NCBI GenBank assembly: GCA_965199715.1
Contig: OZ241322.1
Coordinates: 73,226-137,225 of the forward strand
Reading direction: 5' to 3'
Source of the DNA: Vicinamibacteria bacterium
GTDB taxonomy: Bacteria; Acidobacteriota; Vicinamibacteria; Marinacidobacterales; Marinacidobacteraceae
Length of the DNA: 64,000 bases
Translations under genes and position numbers: made by a program
Notes under the pieces: generated by a model
The model's database searches: none
Told to the model about the DNA's origin: nothing
The model's input: the letters and a program-made list of their open reading frames with translations, nothing else
Part shown: positions 58,308 through 64,000 of the stretch, piece after piece
Numbering within the stretch: the first letter of the stretch is position 1
Layout of the letters: each line of letters opens with the position of its first letter

Positions 58308-59748
58308 ACTGACCCGACGCGCGGCGCTCGCGCTCCTGGGCGCCTCGCCGGCCTCGCTAGCCCGTTCGGCGCCGTTCCCCGAAGACTCGGTCGGCGACCT
58401 CGGGCGGAGGATCCACGGCGTCCGCCGCCGGTTCGGCCTGAACCGGGCGATCGGCGTCCACGTCCGCCATCTCGAGTCCGGGACCGAACTCTTCAGCCAC
58501 AACGCCGACCGGACCTACATCCCGGCGTCGGGCATGAAGCTGCCGGTGATGGGGGCGTGCCTCCACTACCTCGGGCCGTCGTACCGCTTTCCGACGCGGT
58601 TCTACGTGGACGCGCCGCCCGACGCGGATGGGGTGATCCACGGGCCGGTCCACGTCGTCGGCTGCGGCGATCCGTCCATCACCCGCCACGACATGGACTT
58701 CATCGCCGACTCGCTCGCCGCCGCCGGAATCACGGAAGTGCGGGGCGGCGTGCTCCTCGACGACGGGTTCTTCGAGGCGCAGGAGGAGGACCAGCCGCGG
58801 ATCGCCCGCATGATGGCCAAGCGACTGCCGATCCAGAGCGCGCTCGGCTACATGTGGAACCGGGTCGAGGTGGCGGGCGTGCCGGGCGAGGGAAACCGGC
58901 CCGACGTCCGCGACGAGGGCCACGGGTACTACGAGCTCGACAACCGCATGGTGCTGCGCAACTCCGGGCGCCCCTACATCCTCGTCCAACGCCGGGGCAG
59001 GCGGCGCGCGCGCATCCAGGGGCGCATCCGCCGGGGCGGAAGCGAGCGGGTGGCGCGGTTCACCGCGACCGAGCCGGCGCTCTACTTCGGCTACGCCTTC
59101 CAGGGCAAGCTCGCGGAGCGCGGGATCGTCGTCCACGGCGAGCCCGAACGGAAGGCGCTGCCGAATCCGCGCGAGAAGCTGCTCCTGTACCGACACGAGT
59201 CGGCGTCGCTGCCGCAGGTGCTGGAGGCGCTCGGCAAGTACAGCAACAACTGGTCCTCCGAGCAGTTGCTCTTCGTCGCCGGCGCGCACCGCTGGGGGCC
59301 GCCCGGAACGGTCGAAAAGGGCGCGGCGGCGCTCGAGGAGTACATCGTCGGCCTCGGGTTCCCGGCCAGCACCTTCAAGATCGCCGACGGCTCCGGGCTC
59401 TCCCGCGAGAACAAGCTGAGCGCGCGGATCCTCGTGGCCATCGTGCGCGACCTCTACCGCCCGCCCGAGCTCCGCTCCGACTTCCTCTGCTCGCTCGCGG
59501 TCTCCGGCGTGGACGGCACGCTCGCCCGCCGCATGCGCTCCCGGAACACGCTCGGCCAGGTCATGGCCAAGACCGGCAGCCTCAACGGCGTGAGCTCGCT
59601 CTCCGGCGTGGCGTTCCCGCACGGGCCGCAGGATCGGGCGCTCGGGTTCTCGGTCGTGACGAACGGCGTGCGCCAGAGCAGCGGCGACGCGGTCGAGAAC
59701 GTGATCGCGGGCGAGCTGGTGAGCTGGGCGAGCGACCTGACCACCTGA
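58300..59748 (+). CDS. dacB: D-alanyl-D-alanine carboxypeptidase/endopeptidase (PBP4, S13 family)
   Basis: Tat-like signal 'RRAALALLGASPASLA'. 'PASGMKLPV' (SxxK), 'SNNWSSEQL', 'KTGSL' motifs. ATG 58300 overlaps the preceding stop by 8 nt. Confidence 0.8.
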   Translation: MPELTRRAALALLGASPASLARSAPFPEDSVGDLGRRIHGVRRRFGLNRAIGVHVRHLESGTELFSHNADRTYIPASGMKLPVMGACLHYLGPSYRFPTRFYVDAPPDADGVIHGPVHVVGCGDPSITRHDMDFIADSLAAAGITEVRGGVLLDDGFFEAQEEDQPRIARMMAKRLPIQSALGYMWNRVEVAGVPGEGNRPDVRDEGHGYYELDNRMVLRNSGRPYILVQRRGRRRARIQGRIRRGGSERVARFTATEPALYFGYAFQGKLAERGIVVHGEPERKALPNPREKLLLYRHESASLPQVLEALGKYSNNWSSEQLLFVAGAHRWGPPGTVEKGAAALEEYIVGLGFPASTFKIADGSGLSRENKLSARILVAIVRDLYRPPELRSDFLCSLAVSGVDGTLARRMRSRNTLGQVMAKTGSLNGVSSLSGVAFPHGPQDRALGFSVVTNGVRQSSGDAVENVIAGELVSWASDLTT

Positions 59749-60741
59749 GTGCGGGGCGTCCCGGGCCTCGATCCGCCCGAGTACTGCGACTGGAAGCCGG
59801 ACCCCGACGCGGTCCGGGAGTTCCGCGACAACGCCGGCGACGCGGACGACGCCGACTTCCTCGGGCTGTACCGGGGGCTCGTGCGGAATCGGCTCCACGA
59901 CCGCCAGCTCAAGCGGTGGGTGCGGTCGGGCCGGCTCTCGAAGGCGTGGCTCGGGACCGGGGAGGAGGCGGTCACCGTCGGGGCCTGCCACGCGCTCGGC
60001 CCCCGGGACGCGGTCGGGCCGATGATCCGCAACGCGGGAGCCGCGCGAGAGCGGGGCATGCCGCTCGTCGAGATGTTCCGGGGCGCGCTCGGGGACCTCG
60101 ACGGTCCCGCCTGCGGGCGCGACCTCCATTTCGGCGACCTCGACCGGGGCGTGGTCGCGCCCATCAGCATGGTCGGGTCGCTCGTCCCGGTGCTGGCCGG
60201 GATGGCGCTCGCCTATCGGCTGCGGGGCGAGGACCGGGCCGGCCTCACGTGGGTCGGCGACGGGACCACCGGAACCGCCGGATTCCACGAAGGGCTCACG
60301 TCGGCGGTCGCGCTCGGGGCGCCGCTGATCGTCGTGATCCAGAACAACCGGGTCGCGCTCGGAACCCGGACGCCCGAGGACGCGCCCTTCGCCGCGCTCG
60401 GGGCGGCGTACGGAGTTGCGTCGCTGGAAGTGGACGGCAACCATGTCCTCGACGTGCTCCGGGGCGTGCGCCGCGCGCGGGAGCGATGCCTTGCCGACGC
60501 GCGTCCGGCGCTCGTCGTGGCGAGCACGTTCCGGATGGGCGGGCACGCGACGCACGACGAGGCCGAGGCGCGAGCGCTGTTTCCCCCGGAGGTCTTCCGG
60601 TGGTGGGGAAGCCGCGACCCGGTGCGCCAGTACCGGCACTGGCTCGTCGAGGAGGGCCGCGCCGATGAGGCGGCGGTGGAGGCCGTCGAGCGCGAGGTCG
60701 AGGCGGAGGTCGAGGCGGCGGCGAGCGAGGCGTCAGGGTAG
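59749..60741 (+). CDS. Thiamine-pyrophosphate-dependent 2-oxoacid dehydrogenase E1 component alpha subunit (no beta subunit gene follows)
   Basis: 'YRGLVRNRLHDRQLKRWVRSGRLSKAWLGTGEEAV', 'GDGTTGTAGFHEGL' (TPP-binding GDG), 'VIQNNRVALGT'. GTG 59749. Confidence 0.7.
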   Translation: MRGVPGLDPPEYCDWKPDPDAVREFRDNAGDADDADFLGLYRGLVRNRLHDRQLKRWVRSGRLSKAWLGTGEEAVTVGACHALGPRDAVGPMIRNAGAARERGMPLVEMFRGALGDLDGPACGRDLHFGDLDRGVVAPISMVGSLVPVLAGMALAYRLRGEDRAGLTWVGDGTTGTAGFHEGLTSAVALGAPLIVVIQNNRVALGTRTPEDAPFAALGAAYGVASLEVDGNHVLDVLRGVRRARERCLADARPALVVASTFRMGGHATHDEAEARALFPPEVFRWWGSRDPVRQYRHWLVEEGRADEAAVEAVEREVEAEVEAAASEASG

Positions 60742-61185
60742 GGGGAGGACGACCAGGTCGATCCAGACCCCGCGCCGGGGCTCGAAGTCCCGGTCGGTCG
60801 TGACGAGGGTGGCGCCGGTGACGCGAGCCGTAGCCGCGAGCCAGATCTCGTTCTTGCCGAGATTGCGGGCGGGTTTCCACGGCGGCTCCCCGGCCGGACC
60901 GGGGATCTTCCCCTCGAGCCATGCGTCGATTTCGGCGTATGTCTCAAGAAGACCAGGTTCGAGAGGGAGCATCTGGGCCCGATCGAGCATCTGTTGAATC
61001 CTCCGACGTTTGCCGTCGCCTCAGTGGCGTTTGTGCGCGAGGGCGAGGAGTTCGCCATGGCACACGATCGAGAAGTACTTGCCGACGTTTTCGGCCTAGC
61101 CGTTCGTGTCGCGCAGGGCGGGCCACGGCTTGCCGCGCACCAGTTCCAGGAGAAGCCCGCTGTCGAGGACGAACCGCCCCGCGGT
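60733..61185 (-). pseudogene. vapC: vapC (PIN-domain toxin) pseudogene, disrupted by two frameshifts/stop
   Basis: Three minus-strand frames carry consecutive VapC segments: 'RFVLDSGLLLELVRGKPWPALRD' (N-terminus, ends TAG), 'YFSIVCHGELLALAHKRH', and 'NEIWLAATARVTGATLVTTDRDFEPR' (C-terminus, the 60733..60990 ORF). Confidence 0.55.
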
Positions 61186-61752
61186 CAACGAAGCTCAGCG
61201 TGAAGTTCCGCGAAGTCTTCCGTGCCCGGCCACGGCTCGTCGAACCGGGGCGGGAAGCGATACGGATCCTCGGGATCCCGCTTCGGAAGCAGCGGACGCT
61301 GACCTTTTTCTCGATTGGGAAGCGAGCGGAACAACGCGTCCCGCTCCTGCGCCTGCTTTCGCGAGTTCGCCTGCGGCCTTGAGGACCGCGCTGTCGAAGC
61401 GGCCCATGTCCGCGACTGCGGACGCGGCCAGATGGATCGCCGTGCCGCCAAGTGTCCGCCGCCGGGAAACGCTCGCGAGCCATCTCCAGCCTCGGGGCGC
61501 TCAGTTCGACGATCGTGGAGCCGCTGGGAGTTCCGTCAGTTCGAAGTCCACGAGCTTCCTCAGCCAGTCCGGCGAGGGCCCGCGTCGCGCTCCCGAACCG
61601 GTCACGACGAAGCGGGCCGCCGTGTCGGCGGTCGCCCGCAGCGTGTCCACCAGTCGAACGAGCTCGAGCCAACCGATCATCCCCGGCGCGCGCACCGATC
61701 CCCGGAACTCAAGCGAACGATGCGCCCGCGGCGCTTCACCCATCGCCCGCAT
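61185..61752 (-). pseudogene. Frameshifted copy of the duplicated small gene module (paralog of 61757..62547)
   Basis: Segments in three frames ('GWLELVRLVDTLRATADTAARFVVTGSGARRGPSPDWLRKLVDFE', 'ELSAPRLEMARERFP', 'MGRFDSAVLKAAGELAKAG', tail 'RFDEPWPGTEDFAELHAELR') are collinear with the intact-looking copy 2. Confidence 0.4.
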
Positions 61753-61756
61753 CCTA

Positions 61757-62547
61757 CTCCTTCAGCTCGGCGTGCATCTCCAGCATCTCCTCACGGGACC
61801 ACGGCTCGTCGTCCGGGGGGAGCCGGGGCAGCGGCCCCGTCCGGAAGTACGCGTCGAAGCGTTCCCGCTTCCGCCGTCGTTCGTCGGGAGGCGAGCGGAA
61901 CGGCTCGCTCCGGCTCCGGCTCGACGCCGCCGGCCTCGACCGTTCGCGCGCCGCCGTCGCGTGAAGAGCCGGTCACGGTGACGGCCTTGCCCTACAAGCC
62001 GCGCAGGGACTCCACGTCCACTCCCCCGAGCTTCACGCGCAGCGGGGAGCCGGAGTCCACCACCAACAAGCACTCGCGCCTGCCGTAGTCGATCTCGTCG
62101 AGCCGCCCGGTGATTGCGCACGGGCGGGGCGGGGGGATCGATGGACTGGCGAACCGGGTCGAGCGCCTTCAGCCGCCACCTGACGCCCGCCTTCGCGAGT
62201 TCGCTCGCGGCCTTCAGGACGGCTTGGTCGAAGCGGCCCATGTTCGCGATGGCCAGCGCCGCAAGATCGATGGCCGTGTCGTCGAGGTCGGACTCGGGGA
62301 AGCGCTCCCGGGCCGCCGCCAGTCTCGGGGCGGTCAGTTCGAGGGAACCGCGGCGAAGCCCGGCGGCCTCGAAGTCCACGAGCTTCCTCGGCCAGGCCGA
62401 CGCCGGCCCCGGCCGCGCTCCTGAACCAGTGGCCGTGAAGCAGGCAGCCCGTTCGGCGGTCTTCCGCAGCGCCTCCCCGACCCGGGCGAGTTCGCTCCAC
62501 CCGCCGCCGTCCATCTCCAGCGCGTAGCGCGCCCGCGTCCCGTCCAC
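61757..62547 (-). CDS. Hypothetical protein, duplicated module (possible nucleotidyltransferase-fold/TA-associated); C-terminal tail appears to be in a second frame
   Basis: 'MDGGGWSELARVGEALRKTAERAACFTATGSGARPGPASAWPRKLVDFEAAGL...APRLAAARERFPESDLDDTAIDLAALAIANMGRFDQAVLKAASELAKAG'. 'GS...DFE' resembles a Pol-beta NTase motif. The conserved tail '...RFDAYFRTGPLPRLPPDDEPWSREEMLEMHAELKE*' (stop near 61757) is in a different frame, so this is either two small overlapping genes or a shifted gene. Confidence 0.35.
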
Positions 62548-62564
62548 CGTCGGGCGTCCTACCC

Positions 62565-63980
62565 TCAGACCGGGGGGAGCTCCTCGTGGAAATTCGTCCG
62601 CGCCTCGATGGCGTGGGCGACCTGGAGAATGCGCGCCTCGGCGAACGGCGGGCCGTAGATCTGGAGCGCGAGCGGCAACCTCGGCTCGCCGGCGGTGAAC
62701 CCGCAGCCCATCGTAAGCGCCGGAACGCCGGTCATGTTGCCGATGAAGGTCGTTCCAGGACGGGTCGTCATCCCGTCAGGATCGCGTCCTTCGGGCACGT
62801 CGCTGCGCGCCTCGTCGGGGGTTCGCAGCCGTCCCGCGGGCGCGAGCGCGCCGGGAACGATCATCACGTCGCAATCCTCGAACGCCGCAGCCATCTCGCG
62901 CTTCAGGATCGTGCGCACCCGCAGCGCCTTGATGTAGTCGGTCGCCGAGTAGAACCTGGCCACCTCCAGCCGCTCGCGCACCAGGGGATCCAGTAGCTCG
63001 GGCGTTTCGGCGAGGCGCTTCTCGTGGAACGTCGTCGCTTCCGCCATCGCGACGATCCAGCCCGCGGTTCCGGCGAGGTCGGCGTGGGGGATCGAGACCT
63101 CGACGGTCGTTGCGCCGTCGTCTTCGAGAAGCCCGATCGCGCTCTCGACGGCGGCCCGCACCTCGTCGGTCGCTCCTTCGAACATGCCGACCCCGATGCG
63201 CAGGCCTCGGACCCCGGGCGCGAGCGCCGCGAGGTAGTCGGGGACGGGTTCGTCCGCCGCCGTCGGGTCCAGGGGATCGGGGCCGGCGAGAACCTGGAGC
63301 ATGGCCGCTGCGTCGTGCGCGGTGCGGGTCATCGGCCCGGCGTGGTCGAGCGTCCAGCTCAGGGTCGTGACCCCGTAGCGGCTGATCCGCCCGTAGGTCT
63401 GCTTCAGGCCGACCACGCCGCACGCGGCCGCCGGTCCCCGGATCGAGCCGCCGGTGTCGGTGCCGATGGAGAGCGGAACGAACCGGGCGGCGAGCGCGGC
63501 GCCGGAGCCGGACGACGAGCCGGACGGCGAGTGATCGGTCGCCCAGGGGTTGCGGGCGGGGCCGAAGCCGGAGAGGACGCCGCTCCCCATCGCGAACTCC
63601 AGCAAGTTCAGTTTCCCGATCAGGATCGCCCCGGCGTCGTCCAGCCGCCTCGTGATGGTCGAGTCGTAGTCGGGAACCCAGTCGGCGGTCGCCTGCGAGC
63701 CGTTCGTCGTCAGGATCCCGCACGTCGCGAGGATGTCCTTCGGCGCGTAGGGAACGCCGTGCAGCGGGCTCCGGAGGTCCCCGGCGCGGATCTCGGCCTC
63801 GGCCCGGCGCGCCCGCTCCCGCGCATGGTCCGCCGTCACCGTGATGAACGAGTGGATCGCCGGGTCCGCCGCCTCGATATGGGCGAGATGGGCCTCCACC
63901 ACCTCGACCGGCGAGAGCTCGCCCGACCGGTAGCGCTCGGCGAGCGCCCGCGCGCTCAGCCGGCAGAGTTCGGGGATCAC
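62565..63980 (-). CDS. Amidase-signature family amidase (GatA-like)
   Basis: 'GKLNLLEFAMGSG', 'GGSSSGSGAALAA', 'GTDTGGSIRGPAAACGVVGLKQTYGRIS' contain the amidase signature Ser-cisSer-Lys. ATG 63980. Confidence 0.85.
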   Translation of the reverse strand: MIPELCRLSARALAERYRSGELSPVEVVEAHLAHIEAADPAIHSFITVTADHARERARRAEAEIRAGDLRSPLHGVPYAPKDILATCGILTTNGSQATADWVPDYDSTITRRLDDAGAILIGKLNLLEFAMGSGVLSGFGPARNPWATDHSPSGSSSGSGAALAARFVPLSIGTDTGGSIRGPAAACGVVGLKQTYGRISRYGVTTLSWTLDHAGPMTRTAHDAAAMLQVLAGPDPLDPTAADEPVPDYLAALAPGVRGLRIGVGMFEGATDEVRAAVESAIGLLEDDGATTVEVSIPHADLAGTAGWIVAMAEATTFHEKRLAETPELLDPLVRERLEVARFYSATDYIKALRVRTILKREMAAAFEDCDVMIVPGALAPAGRLRTPDEARSDVPEGRDPDGMTTRPGTTFIGNMTGVPALTMGCGFTAGEPRLPLALQIYGPPFAEARILQVAHAIEARTNFHEELPPV

Positions 63981-64000
63981 CGCGCCGTGAAGCGGACCGC

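Noticed and set aside
56781-60639. Minus ORFs 56781..58502 (573 aa) and 58357..60639 (760 aa)
   Set aside because: Antisense to the TAXI SBP, the selenoprotein candidate, dacB and E1-alpha. R/G/P-rich.
61106-62527. Plus-strand ORFs over the duplicated module (61106..61981, 62114..62527)
   Set aside because: Ser/Ala/Arg-rich. The minus strand gives more protein-like, mutually alignable translations.

Overview
A 64 kb chromosomal segment from a roughly 70% GC bacterium. I could not place the lineage. Leaderless-type promoters, bshC, a fused metF and a TAXI-TRAP transporter would fit Deinococcota, Gemmatimonadota or a similar high-GC group, but that is only a guess. Because of the GC content the six-frame track is full of long antisense and out-of-frame ORFs. 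I called genes by protein-like composition and recognisable family motifs, not by ORF length. I found about 50 real genes and no rRNA, tRNA or CRISPR. Gene order: a PilY1-like adhesin (5' partial) and a prepilin-type minor pilin; ubiE; tatA-tatC; ctpA; a HEAT-repeat protein and a TPR protein; a five-gene minus-strand operon (ALDH / kinase-M23-aminotransferase fusion / carboxylesterase / NAD-epimerase / membrane TlpA-like redoxin); msrA; metH; a DAACS symporter; a lipoprotein metalloprotease; argS-lepB-bshC; a bifunctional homocysteine-S-methyltransferase/MTHFR; a VWA protein; a lower-GC accessory island with two truncated OLD/AAA-type ATPase fragments, an amidohydrolase and an FN3 lipoprotein; a LysE exporter; a divergent 10-gene cluster dominated by eight secreted PQQ-like beta-propeller paralogs plus an Fe-ADH and an S9 peptidase (a ninth paralog lies further on); a decayed locus; an M24 peptidase; a Gfo/Idh/MocA oxidoreductase; a TAXI-TRAP transporter; a two-thioredoxin-fold glutaredoxin-like gene with an in-frame UGA at the CxxC cysteine position followed by a SECIS-like hairpin (candidate selenoprotein); dacB; an orphan E1-alpha; a vapC pseudogene with a duplicated small module; and an amidase. 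Start codons are mostly GTG, and 4-nt start/stop overlaps (GTGA/ATGA) are very frequent. Several promoters appear to be leaderless (TAGAAT-like -10 boxes 7-10 nt upstream of the start codon).
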